NCBI RefSeq assembly: GCF_006345805.1
Contig: NC_043006.1
Coordinates: 74,896,001 to 74,960,000, forward strand
Direction of reading: 5' to 3'
Origin: Octopus sinensis
Lineage: Eukaryota
Length of the DNA: 64,000 nucleotides
Shown here: positions 50,691 through 64,000 of the stretch, piece by piece
Position numbering within the stretch: the first letter of the stretch is position 1
Layout: each line of letters starts with the position of its first letter
The notes under the pieces: generated by a model
The model's database searches: none
Told to the model about the DNA's origin: nothing
What the model saw: the letters and a program-made list of their open reading frames with translations, nothing else
Position numbers and translations under genes: made by a program

Positions 50691-52901
50691 TTTTACCGAT
50701 GTCTCTCGCATGTGAATCCAGCACTATGAGGTCGGTTAATTGGTTTCCATGGCGAATAAGTAACCGGGATCACAACTCTTCCCCTGAACAGGACGCCGAC
50801 CCGTTGAAGGGTTCAAGGCCAATAATTTTGAGGGGAGGAAGGTAGTGGATTACATTGACCCTAGTATTTGACTGGTACTTTACTTTTACCGACCCCGAAG
50901 TGATGAAAATGCAAGATTAACCTCAGCGAGATTTTGTCTGGCGTGCTAACGATTCCGCCTACTGGTCACCTTCATACCTCACAAAACATAGGGTTAAAAA
51001 GTCCACAAGTGGAAAAGAAATCACCAATGGCACGTGTGCAGTTATATTGCTGTGAGATAAGAAGGCGCTGACGCATATATATTACGGGCTTCTTTCAATT
51101 TTTACCTCCCAAATTCCTCCCAAATCTATTCACATGAGAGTGGCATACTCTATTTGAAAATCGAGAGGTAGGATTTGAAGGAAAAGTCATCAGCAGGACT
51201 CGAACCACGCATTTACTGTATTCCTTGATACAGGGGTTTTCTTCTTTTTCTTTTCTTCTTTTGGTTCGAAGAAATTTTTAACCCCATGTATTGGGAGTTA
51301 TTATCTATAATTGCATTAAGAAGTCGAGCTGGCAGAACGGTTAGCACGCCCCGTGAAATGCTTAGCGTTATTTCGTCCGTCCTTTCGTTCTGAGTTCAAA
51401 ATCTGCCGAGGTCGATATCACCTTTCATCCTTTGGGGATCGATAAAATAAGTACAAGTCAAATCGATATAACCGACTTCCCCTCCCCTCAAAAAGTGCTG
51501 GTCCTTAAACCATTATCTATAGCTGGATTTGCATTCGAAATACATCGCTAATAGAAGATTTATATACATATTTATCAATGTTTCTACATTTACGTTCTAA
51601 ATATAGACTCCCCTACAGAGTATAGACTCTCCTACAGTTCTAACGCGGTACCATTTGCAGAAGGTCAACCACAAGGTTCTTTGCCGGAGGACCAGTACTC
51701 TGGTCATCGGTGAAGCGAAAAGGCGAATACAGTACATACTTTTCTAAGATAAGCACAAGATATCAGATTTGAAGCAAGAGTGTAGTCGATTATGTCTACC
51801 TCACTACATGACTGGCATTTTATTTTATTGATCTCAGAAGGACAAAAAGCAAATATGGATTCGGAAAGCTTTGAACCATGGATCGAAATGAACTGTAACT
51901 TAATAATGCGAAGTAATCTACCGCATGGTATAATTACAGTAATTATATTTTATTAATTAAAATTTTTTAAATCACTAAAGAAGAATTTTATCGAAACTTC
52001 GAATTATCTTGTTAATCAATTATCTACTTAAAAGAGAACAATCTTGTCTAAAGATAGCAATAACATGAAAAAAAAGTCGGGATGAGATGCTATCTATAAA
52101 ACTGAATAGGTAATTCTTAGGCGAGAATTCTTACTCAGAAACGAATCCAAATGAGTTCAAACATTGACAGAACACCAACATGTCCCCCGTTTTGATTTAA
52201 CTTTGTTGCTTTAGCCTTTGACTTGGCGAAGACCCCAGTTAGCGTATTCAAAGTTTATTGTGGGTACATGTTTATTACGCTTTTCACCTTGTAAGCAGCT
52301 TTCAGAAAACCGTTTCAGAAAACGTAAATGTTATTTATCGTCGACGCAGAGAAATGCTTTTGTTATTGGTTAGACATAAACTCTCAGGTAATCTTTAAAA
52401 ATATACACACACAGAGAAGTCATTCTTATTGTACGTGTTACGTATGTGGAGTCTGCAACTAGTTTGAAAATGTCACACGTGAATAACTGAACAACCAACA
52501 TATAATGGTGTACTTGTGTCAAGAATAATGATAGATGGATCTCGTATATCAACACAATTGAACGACCTGTGTGTTGTTGAAATCAAATAAGTCACAATAC
52601 TGTTTATAGTTCTTTACAACATTCTGAAAAAGTCCTGCAAATATTTGGAGAGATTAAATGCGTATACATTTGAATAAACACGTGCAAGTATAACTTAACA
52701 ATGGCGCTCAGTTTGGTTTCTATGACTTTCAAAAAAGGATTTTTATTGTTCTTCATATTTGCACATATGAAGTTTCTGTGAATGGCTTTAGCTATATATA
52801 TATATGACTTCTGTCTACGAAGATCATCACCTTTCTACATCGTCACCGGTAACTGAACATTTTATATTTCTACAATGGCCTCCATGCATTTAATAGGGTG
52901 C

Positions 52902-52939
<38 letters not shown>

Positions 52940-53339
52940 CATATGTATTAGTACATAACGTAAAAGACTTTTTCTATTCCTGAGCGTTATACTAATACAT
53001 CTGTTAATTTTGTACACCACCTGTCTTCGTCCTTTGTTTTTTTTCGTAAACTCTCCCTATATATATATATATATATATATAGCTATGCGTATGTGACTTG
53101 ATAACCATTACTGGTTTGTTTACGTTCGCGTGACTTAGCAGCTCGGCAATAAAGGGCCGATAGAATGATTACTAAGCTTAAAAATTAGGACTTGGGTTGA
53201 TTTCTTTGACTAAACACTTCAAAATGGCACTCCGGCATGGCCACGCCCCAAACACTGAGACAAGTCATTAAAAAGATATGAATCGTAGCATTTTTCTCTC
53301 GTTCGGGAAACAAGACACACGCATACATACATATGTAAG

Positions 53340-53400
<61 letters not shown>

Positions 53401-53439
53401 GTGTGTGTCTGTGTCTGTGTGTGTATGCATAGATAGATA

Positions 53440-53673
53440 GGTGGCGAGCTGGCAGAACCGTTAGCACGCCGGGCGAAATGCGTAGCCCTATTTCGTCTGC
53501 CGTTGCGTTCTGAGTTCAAATTCCGCCGAGGTCAACTTTGCCTTTCATCCTTTCGGGATCGATTAAATAAGTACCAGTTACGCACTGGGGTCGATGTAAT
53601 CGACTTAATACCTATGTCTGTCCTTGTTTGTCCACTCTATGTTTAGCCCCTTGTGGGTAATAAATAAATAGGT
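53440..53673 (+). mobile_element. SINE family A, near full length
   Basis: Head, body and tail intact. Confidence 0.9.
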
Positions 53674-53691
53674 ATGCATAGATAGATAGAT

Positions 53692-54110
53692 TGTCATGGC
53701 GATACCTGCTTAGAGGCCTGCACAATGTTGCAGAAAGCGTATGGAAAGGAGTGTATGAGCCGCACACAAGTGTACAAGTGGTTCAGACGTTTCCAAGATG
53801 TCCGAAAAAATGTCGATATTGATGAACGTCCTGGGAGAACAATAACCAGCAGATGTACGTGCAGCAGTGAGAGGAAATAATCGAGTCACCATCCGTGAGT
53901 TATCAGAGGGTGTGCAGATTAGTTACGATTCAGTTCAGCCCATTATCACTGAAGCTTTGGGTATGAGACGCGTTTCTGCCAAGTTTGTGCCAAAACTGCT
54001 TTCAGCTGACCAGAATGACATTCGTGTTCCAGTTGCATAAGATCTTGATTGTGTCAAAAACGATGAAAACTTTTTTGAAAACCTTGTGTAGGCCTCTGAG
54101 AAGGTATCAC
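53692..54110 (+). pseudogene. Mariner transposase N-terminal fragment (decayed)
   Basis: MLQKAYGKECMSRTQVYKWFRRFQD....DERPGR and LGMRRVSAKFVPKLL (HTH, GRP-like and WVPHEL-like motifs), with stops and frameshifts. Confidence 0.85.
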
Positions 54111-54283
54111 CAAAAATTTTGGCGAAGTTTGATGCAGTTTGATATATCGAACTCAGTGAATATAACTAAAACAAGAAAATCTAAAACACACCTATAAGCC
54201 AATATTCTTTTTTGTTTCTGAAAGTCTTGTGTAAGTTGGGAGTGAATGAGGTTTCCGTTCAGAATTTAAGGAGGAGTGATATA

Positions 54284-54506
54284 CGAGGGAAGTGAAGTGC
54301 TTAAAAGTTTCTGGCTTTGGGTAAAAGAAAATACAGGAGGATCAGTTAATTATGATTTTATTCAACATATTTCCCTCTCAAATTCACACACTTATTGCAA
54401 CGGACCTTCAGTTTTTCTAAGGCCAGTAAAAGAACCCGGAAATTGGGGCCTTCTGCCAGGCCTTTCGCGACACCCTTAAAGCCAAAACATTTTCAGCAGC
54501 CCCTCG
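54284..54506. mobile_element. Mariner-type MITE
   Basis: TA|CGAGGG...AAAAGTTTCTGGCTTT and AAAGCCAAAACATTTT...CCCTCG|TA termini. Confidence 0.75.
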
Positions 54507-55202
54507 TATATGGTGTCATTTGACGTATAACCAAAGAAACATTGTCGAGATTGATTAATTTAGTGAGGTGAAGTAACTTGAGATTTTTCTGCCTCTGATT
54601 TTGACTCTCAATAATTTAGTGATCTCGACTGTGAGGCAAGCTGTATCACGAAGACGAGTTCGAAAGGAATTTTCAATTTGTATGCAGTGTACAATTCAAA
54701 GCAAAATGAGCTGAAAATATAGAGATTTGTGTACGAAGGAAAAAGAACGCAGGTGTTATTTAAAGTAATATATCTAAGTCGAACAGAAAAAGGAAGGGGA
54801 ATTCTGCAAGATTACTAAAGGCAAGGAACACTTTGATTTGGCTATAATATCAGAGGTGAGAAATATTGCTGGCTGTATAATGGCTAAAGTTAACTTTTGC
54901 TTCTCTGATTTTCAATTTGCGATTTTTGTGATGATGTGTAAATGTCTCTCACTTAGTGTTAGTATGGTGTTTCTTTTAACTAAATGTACGCCAGACACAA
55001 AAACACGCACACAGTTAGACACACACACACACACATACACACACATACGTATTTATGTATGTATGTATGTCTATGTGTGCCTGTCTTTGTGTCTGTTTGT
55101 CCTCTCCTCGCTTGACATCCGGTTTTTAGTGAGTGAATTCGGCAGACGGAAACTGAGTGGAAACCTTCATGTATTTGTGTGTGTGTTTGTGCGCGTACGT
55201 AA

Positions 55203-55249
<47 letters not shown>

Positions 55250-56714
55250 GTGTGTGTGTGTGTGTGTGTGTGTAGTCTGTACGGCTCTTTTACTCTCTCT
55301 TTTAGCCCCTTCATACTTTCTTCGTTCTTTCTACTCTTCTTTTTTCTCGCTCCCCCCTCTCATATTTCTTGGCCTTCTCTTCATTCTCATTACTTTTTCT
55401 CCTCCTTTACCTCACTCTGTCCTTTTCCTTTCTTTTTCTCTCTTTCTCGTTCCTCCCCAATTCTTCAATCCCTCTGCCCCTACCTCTCTCCCTTTTCCTT
55501 CTACGTGAATCAAATTCACGCACAAGCATTGGTCGGTCTGGAGTAAGCGTGCAAGACACTTGTTTAAGTCAAGGTGGACCGAACCTAACCCGAAACGGCA
55601 TGATTGCAAAGAGAGCTTCTTAACCAGACATCTATATCGACAAACATTAATTTTTGTGGGTTTTTTTCCCACAGCTCAATTATAACGAAGAATTTCATTA
55701 AGAAGGAAAAAGAAAACATCGATACATACACAGAACGTATTAATGCAGGCATGATTAATAATCCGAAATTACTACTTGTACCTGAAAAATGTCCAAAAGG
55801 GCATTCTGTTCTCATTCATAACTCTAGATACACACATTGTGTAATTCTATGTACTCTATGTTACCCCGCCCCACTTTGTTGTAATTAATATGTATTACAA
55901 GCTAGATTTTAAAATAACCAGAAAATAGTTCTCTTGTCCTAAGACTTTATAATCGCTCAATTAAAGATTGTTACGTGAAACCGCTCGCTTTTGCCAAAAA
56001 ACTGGTTATCTATTTATTTTATCTATTTTATATTGTGTTGTACTTGGTGAACAATAGCGTCGCTGTTTATAGGTTTCCAACAGGATAATCATTAATTTAC
56101 TACATTTCTGAATATGAGAATGGGAAAATTCAAAGCAAAAGACTTGTTCTCGCAAAGGAATTCGTTCAAGAAACACCTGTTTTCGCCAATGTCTACATTC
56201 TTCGCCAATGTACATCGCTAAAACACACGTGCGCACATAAATATACATATACCCCTAACTATCTATTTATATGCATGAGTACATAAATATATAAATACAT
56301 ATATACATACACTGAGGACGTAGTAGTGAAGGTGGTGGTGGTGGTGGTGGTGGATTTTCGTCGTTTGTCAACGTAGAAAACAGTTGTTCGATCAGCCGAA
56401 TTACCTCCTACTAAATTAACATGTAAGTAGCCGAGCATTCCAAGGGTAAGCGTACCATAAACATAATCCTCAAAATTATGGTAGAAAATACTTGCTGCCC
56501 AAGAGCTACGCAATGGAACACAACGTGGAAACGCTTGGCTGGGAAGTGAACTGCTAAGCTGCTTAATAAATACCCTGCTTTTGATTATATCGCAGCTCTT
56601 TTGATACTATATCCTATTTATGACCATTATAATTAGTATAAATTAAACAAAAGCAAACCAAGAAAAATGACTCAGACTGAGCTGAGACATGCATTTGAAC
56701 AAGATAGACATTAC

Positions 56715-57022
56715 ATCTTTTTTGTTCCTTCTCGAGCCATGCCTGGCTCATAGGGCCGGTTTCCCGGTTTCCTTGGCGTATATATTCCCCACCTGGACAG
56801 GACGCCGGTTCGTCGCAAGTGTGCTGCAAGATGCAGGAGGAAAGAGTGAGATAAATTTGTGACGAAAGTGTCAGCACAAGTTCGCCATAACCTTCTGCCG
56901 GAGCCGCGTGGAGCTTAGGTGTTTCGCTCATAAACACACATACACATCGCCCGGTCTGAGATTCGAACCCGCGATCCCTCGACCGCGAATCCGCTGCTCT
57001 AACCACTAGACCATGTGCCTCC
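56715..57022 (-). mobile_element. SINE family B variant
   Basis: Reverse complement of the 50420 type. Confidence 0.85.
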
Positions 57023-57360
57023 ACATAGACATATATAGCTATATAAAATACCGTAGAAAAAAAAAGTTCTTTATTTTCAAAAGATTATCTCCACTATCAT
57101 CTTATCCTCAGATAATAACCATGTCCTTTCTTTTATGGCATGTCAACTCTGGAGGGTGCTTCATTTTTGAGATTATCTCCCATTTTCAAGTGTTTCTAAT
57201 TGTCATTTGCTGATTAGGACATCCTCTAGAGGCAGAGATAAATTTAACAAAGCAAGAATTTATGTTGTTATAGTATATGATATATCTGTATTTGCCTATG
57301 TCATTCAAATACCTGACACCAACCAATTAGTGTTTCACATAAAATTACCATGTTTAATAT

Positions 57361-57532
57361 ATATTTCTTTACTACCCACAAGGAGCTAAACACAGAGGGG
57401 ACAAACAAGGACAGACAAACGGATTAAGTCGATAACATCGACCCCAGTGCGTAACTGGTACTTAATTTATCGACCCCGAAAGGATGAAAGGCAAAGTCGA
57501 CCTCGGCGGAATTTGAACTCGGAACGTAACGA
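57361..57532 (-). mobile_element. SINE family A, 5'-truncated
   Basis: Body and tail in reverse complement. Confidence 0.85.
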
Positions 57533-58391
57533 CAGTTTAATATAATTGGTTAGTCCACGTTGCTCCGTAAGGACCATAGGATCAGTTTCCCGTTTTCTCT
57601 GCTTTATATATATATATATTTCTCCTAGGACAGGACGCCGGCCCGTCTCAAGGTTACTCATTTTTACTAAATACGTGGACTTGAGCATAGAGAAATGAAG
57701 TGTTCTGCTCAAGAACATTATGCAGAACCCTATCCCAGAATCTAAACGATCATGAATCAAATACCCTAAGTACCAAGCCATGCGCCTCCACTGTTTAACA
57801 TAGGAGCGACAGGGTGTCCTAAAACCGCATGGCGAAAAACCTTTGATAAGGAAAAGAGTGGAGAAGCTGAACTGAGACCAGAACACTGGCGAAAAACAGA
57901 TCTGGTTGGAGAGATCGTGTTGCGACCTTATGTGCCTCGTGGCACGGAGAGAACTCACTGATTAAGTACCTCTAATTTGTTATAGAACACACTTCCCTTT
58001 CCCTTCCTCGAACACTCTCTCAGACGAAGGGTCAGGTTCAAAGCGTCTGCATTGTCTTCTCCTGCGGTCAAAAGAACTTCTCTAAATCAAAATGAACGAT
58101 CAATTCTTGAGTTGTTACACACAGGGTAGCAACAATTGCCCAATAAAAGAGATTTAAGCTAAAAATACGATTCAAACAGGTTTTATTCCAGCACAGGGCA
58201 ACGTCATTCGTGTGTGCGTGTGTGTGTGTGTGTGTGTGTGCGTGTGTGTGTAGTGATGGTGGTGGTAGGGGGTGGGGTAATGTGGAGCCGAAATGGAAAT
58301 ATAAACTTAAATTAGTCTTCAACGGTTTAGTAGCAAAAAAGAAAAAAAATGATTGACGATACGCAACACTGAACTCCATAACAACTTTTCA

Positions 58392-58880
<489 letters not shown>

Positions 58881-59438
58881 AAAAATGAAGTTCGAAAATG
58901 CTGCTGTATTATACAATTTTTAATTTTTATATATACATTATAACATGTTTCAGTTCCATATATATATATGTATCTTTATGTATATGTGTGTGTATTTGTC
59001 TGGAGTTTTGCGTGTGAATGTGTGTGAATGTGTGTGAGTGTGTGTGTGTGTGTGTGTGTATTTGTCTGGAGAGATTTTGTGTGTGAATGTGTTTGTATGT
59101 GCGCGCGCGCGTTTGTTTGTTTGTTTGTTTGTTTGTGTGCTTGTGTGCTTGTGTGCCTGAATGGGTGTTTTTGTGTGTGTGTCTGTGTATCTGTGTGTAT
59201 CTCTGTGTGCGTATTATTTGATTAAATTTGCGTGAACAGCACGTTACTTAGCCTTGTCTAACGTGGGATATATTTAAACGCTTTGTAAAAGTACGGATGT
59301 CGAGAATGCAGTAATTTTCAAAATCATGTTCAGTTTCGATAACTAAAAGTACACCACACAAAGAAGTAAAAAAAAGAGAAAAAAAAAAAAGAGAAAAATC
59401 ACTAAATTTATCTTGAAACAAAAGGAACTAATACTCAC

Positions 59439-59647
59439 CGGTCTTCTTTAATCAGAGGCATAAATAGATTGTGTGCCGCCTGAGGCAGCGCTTAAGTTTG
59501 CCAATATCTCTTGCCCTACTTCCATACTTAACCAAAAAATGCTGATCCGGGACGGATCGCCCCATAGCCTTAACTCCTAGTTGTGAAATGCCTATTGCAG
59601 CATTTTGAATAAATATTCGTTAACAATGTATCTTGAAGTGAAATCGT
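59439..59647 (-). other. Candidate upstream (5' UTR) exon
   Basis: Non-repetitive 209-nt segment between ctattatttacAG and CG|GTGAGT; stop codons in all three frames. Confidence 0.3.
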
Positions 59648-60045
59648 CTGTAAATAATAGTTAGGGTTCACTGCGTTAAAAGCACCGTGGATGAAAATAA
59701 CAAAGAAGTGGATTTCTGCTATGAATTTTCTATAATTCTAATTGCACCAAATCAACCACCCGCTTTCTGCCATCAAATTAAACACTTTAAACTTACCATC
59801 TGTGAAAGCAACGAGAAATACGTAAATTTACAATGCGCAGACATGGCTGTGTCATTATGAAACTAGCTACATTATTTTGGGTTCAGTTTCCCTGCAGGAA
59901 ATCTTGGACATGGGCCTTCTACAATAATCCCAGTCGACCAAAGCCAATGTCACGTGAGTGAAATTGGCAGATGGGTTCTGTGTGGAAGCTCGTCGTACAC
60001 ATACATACACACACCTCAGATAGATAGATAAATAGGTAGACAGAC

Positions 60046-60086
<41 letters not shown>

Positions 60087-60157
60087 TAAGATAGATAGAT
60101 AGACAGACATACAGAATATATTATATTATATATATATATTTATATATATATATATAT

Positions 60158-60275
<118 letters not shown>

Positions 60276-60933
60276 TTAATATAGTAGATAGATAGACATA
60301 CTTATTTGTTATGTGTGTGTCTATGTCCCCCACCTATTGTTTGACAACTGGGGTCGATTTGGTTGACAAAAACCCTTCAAGGCCGTGCCCCAAAAGATCA
60401 TACAGTCTTTATTTATGATGTACTTCGACATCATTCAGGTTTAAATAATAGGTTAGAATACATTTTACATATTTCTCGACGCTTCTATATTTGCTTTGGA
60501 AATACAACGAATGCTTTTTTTTTTTATATAAATTAATTTGTATATTTTTTGCACTCGTTTCATATTTCTTGCTTATTTATAAAATCTGTATTTTTGTATA
60601 TGCTTCAAATCAGAATATATTATATTACACATTATTGCCTCTCGACCTCTCGACCTTTGCTTTAATTCTTCCAAAATATTTAACGAAAATTATCTAAACA
60701 ATTTTCATGAAAATAAGATCGTTTTGTAACATTATGACTGTTGTTCTGTGAGCTTTGTTTTAAAAATACAATAATTAATTAACCAATATCGTAAATGAAT
60801 ATTGATCAAGTAAGACAACTTTTGACAAAATGTCACTTGTGTATGCAAGAAGTATTTTACATACATACGTACGTACATAGATACATACATACATACATAC
60901 ATACATACATACATACATTATATGTATGTATAT

Positions 60934-61090
60934 AGGAGTGGCTGTGTGGTAAGAAGCTTGCTTACCAACCACATGATTCCGGGTTCAGTCCCACTGCGTG
61001 ACACCTTGGACAAGTGTCTTCTACTACAGCCTCGGGCCAACCAAAGCTTTGTGAGTGGATTTAGTAGACGGAAACTGAAAGAAGCCCGTC

Positions 61091-61132
<42 letters not shown>

Positions 61133-61337
61133 ATGTGTTGCTTGTGTCTGTTTTTCCCCACATCGCTTGACAACCGATGTTGGTGTGTTTACGTCCCTGT
61201 AACGTAGCGGTTCGGCAATAAGAGACCAATAGAATAAGTACTAGGCTTACAAAGAATAAGTTCTGGGGTCGATTTATTTGACTAAAGGTGGTGCTCCAGC
61301 ATGGCCGCAGTCAAATAACCAAAACAAGTGAAAGAGT
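60934..61337 (+). mobile_element. SINE family C, full length
   Basis: GGAGTGGCTGTGTGGTAAGAAGC head and GGTTCAGTCC B-box-like motif. Confidence 0.9.
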
Positions 61338-62251
61338 ATGTATGTATGTATGTATGTATGTATGTATGTAGGCGAGTGGCCTAGTTAGGGCCTTGCATTT
61401 GCGATTCCAAAATCGAGGTTTCAATTCCTGGACCGAGTGCTTCGTTGTGTTCTTGAACAAAATACTTCATCCGACGTTACTCTGCGATCACTTCGACACC
61501 TGACGCGTGGCACACTATGCATCCGTTCAGACAACGTCGATTTGATGGAGCGAGTTAGCACATGCATTTGATCAATGTAAACAAACAATTTGTGCAGGTT
61601 GTTAAGCACGAAATTGCAGAACTGTCTTTCTCAGACAACGAGAGACTAACATTATCATGCAAGTATCCAATCGCATCGTCTATAACACAACTGCATATTT
61701 CAACGGATTACTAAACACTAGGTGTTTAAATATTAAACCAGCCATTGAGAATGCTTAGCTGAAGGTAAGAGATTTATCCAACATTCGACATCGAACAAAA
61801 CTTCTTCAGAATACTTCCCAGACGCCGGAAAATTCCAGATCTACCGATGAGATTCGTTAGCATCGAATATAACTAGCTTCGCACAGTAGTTGCCATTCAC
61901 GACTACAGAACTAATTATGCAGCTATTACATACCAATAATCAAATCACATTTAGCTTGCACTCATTTAACAAACGTGAGCTGACTTGAACGATTATATTT
62001 TGCATACGCCTTGTAGGTGTAGCTATATTTGCTATGTACTGTGTGACAAATCATACGCTTAATTTACAAGCGTGAAACTTCAAGTAACATTGGAGTGAAT
62101 ATCAACAGTTTAGGAATATATACTTCTATACCAATATGTGTGTGTGTATATGTGTTTGTGCGTGTATGTGTGTGTGTGTGTGTATGTGTTTGTGCGTGTA
62201 TGTGTGTGTGTGTGTGTGTTCCCATATATATTAATATTTTGTTTCACCTTA

Positions 62252-62302
62252 CATTATTACAGGTTTCGTTGGTGTAGGATAAATCCACGTCATCAGATAT
62301 TC
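62252..62302 (-). ncRNA. Partly degenerate type I hammerhead
   Basis: GAATAT-CTGATGA-C-GTGG[..]CC(A)AC-GAAAC[CT]GT-A-ATAATG. Stem I has two mismatches. Confidence 0.45.
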
Positions 62303-62945
62303 AGGGCCATACATACATATATACGTATACACATATACATATATACAAATACATACATGCATACCTACACACATGCATACATACATACATACATACATCA
62401 TACATACATACATACATACATACATACATACATACATACACACACACATACATATATACTTATATATTATTTGATAAACACAAAATATAAAGTAAAGGTA
62501 ATTTGCCAACATAATGTGGCTATCTTGGAAAAGATGTTGTTACTGTTCATTATCCCCAGAAACATCGTTTCTAGCTAGCTATACGACACAATATCTGTAT
62601 CCTTATATTTTCGAACAGGGCATTCATTATGTTGGTAAATAGTCATTGCTTTAAAGAACCGCTACTAAATATCTCTCTTTGAGAGATTTAGAAATAACAA
62701 AATATAAAGATATACATGTATGCATGCACATCTGTACGTCTGTGTGAGTGTGTATATGTACAGACATACACGCATATACATGTATATATACATATATGTA
62801 TATATATATATGCATGTATAACTTATAAAATAAGGGCAAAAGAAAAATTCTAATGCCAAATATGCCGAAAAAAAGACACCATTGTCAATAACCATTATAA
62901 TTTATGCGTGACGAAACATGCCGATAGAAATTTCTAAAAACCGTT

Positions 62946-63007
62946 TATAACCGTATGGTCCCATTTCGGGGTTAATTCATAAAATTTTCCTCTCGTCAGC
63001 GATTATA
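62946..63007 (-). ncRNA. Type I hammerhead ribozyme with intact core, inside element 62822-63042 (homologue of the 38528 element)
   Basis: TATAATCG-CTGACGA-GAGG[17 nt]CCCC-GAAA-TG[GGAC]CA-T-A-CGGTTATA; 8-bp stem I; AUA triplet. Confidence 0.8.
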
Positions 63008-63175
63008 CGTAAGACATAAATGGAACTTACTCATACCCATGGAAAAAGCAAGCACTAGGTCCTGAGTAGACCTAAGTACCCCAAATCTATCCCAATAGAA
63101 AATCTTCACCACATTTCGGCGAGACCGTTCGATTCGATCTAGAAATTTGCATGTTGTATATATATATATATATAC

Positions 63176-64000
63176 CAACAATTGAGGTAAAATTAATTAA
63201 TTATTAATCAATTTCACCAAGTATTCAGTATGCAAAGGGACCATTTAATAAGCGATTCAAATATTACATTAATAAAAGGGCTTAGTAAAATAATTACTTT
63301 GCGCATACTGAACTCATTAGAAATATAGCTAAAAAAAAAAACTTTTTTTAACTATTTCTAATACTTAAAGAAAACCCTCTCATATGTGTTTGCTCAATTC
63401 AACTCACGAAGTATGGGGAAAGACATTAAAAAATCAAATGCAAAGGTTTATTTGAGACGTACGTTTCAAGATAGTCAACTCGACATTTCTATCATCAGCT
63501 CAGAACTCCTTGTTTGGATTTGACAACACGAAAGTGGAGCATACCCTTTCGGCTTCTTTATCGCTTCTTCTGAAATCTGCTCGAAACTAACAGTGCCAGC
63601 AAACTCAATATGCAAGCGAAGAATTTCTGCTCTCCCCTTTCCACCAGCGTGGTTTAAAATCATTAAACACTATGCTTTTTTCGGTTAAAATCCGAGGCAT
63701 TAAATAGAGAGAGATGAATTATATTTCAACAATTGAGGGTAAAATTATTAATTATTAATCAAATTCACCAAGTATTCAGTATGCAAAGGGACCATTTTAA
63801 GGCGAATGCAAATATTACATTATATAAAGGGCTTAGTAAAATAAATTACTTTGCCGCATACTGAACTCATTAGAAATAGTAGCTAAAAAAAACTTTTTAA
63901 AACTATTTATGCCCCTCGGATTTTAACCGAAAAAGCATAGTGTTTACTGATTTTAACCCACGCTGGTGGAAAGGGGAGAGCAGAAATCTTCGTTGCATAT
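63176..64000 (-). mobile_element. Second, diverged retrozyme-like array (period ~551 bp) with an inverted segment from ~63903 to the window end
   Basis: Reverse-complement homology to the 7588 monomer. 63903-64000 is the reverse complement of ~63607-63705. Confidence 0.85.
63453..63502 (-). ncRNA. Minimal hammerhead of the second array (canonical CUGAUGA)
   Basis: TGAG-CTGATGA-[TAGA..GTC/GAC..TCTT]-GAAAC-GTAC-GT-(N17 missing)-CTCA. Confidence 0.7.

Noticed and set aside
51024-51083. CCAAT, E-box, GATA, CRE-like and TATA-like motifs within 60 bp
   Set aside because: Short motifs are expected by chance, and no associated transcript is evident.

Overview
AT-rich, microsatellite-saturated animal DNA, most likely from an octopus or related cephalopod (inferred from the tRNA-derived SINE families and repeat content). 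It has one 100-N gap at 1911-2010 and frequent homopolymer indel noise. The only well-supported host coding sequence is one minus-strand exon of a TMEM26-family gene (12218-12450; GT-AG bounded, ATG at 12438). The rest is intronic or intergenic. It holds three SINE families, fragments of Dong/R4-type, RTE and CR1-like LINEs, a mariner relic, two TA-flanked MITEs, Helentron-associated elements and about seven long fold-backs. Reading by eye for hammerhead ribozyme (HHR) cores showed type I HHRs from several unrelated repeat families. Four have an intact core and all three stems: 6903-6998 (+), 30185-30229 (-), 38675-38731 (-) and 62946-63007 (-). A family of ~540-bp tandem monomers (7588-9340 and 63176-64000) carries one minimal HHR with a palindromic stem III per monomer, which is the layout of a retrozyme that produces circular RNA. 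Several more degenerate HHRs sit in Penelope-like terminal repeats. All folds were worked out by hand; cleavage activity, expression and novelty are untested.
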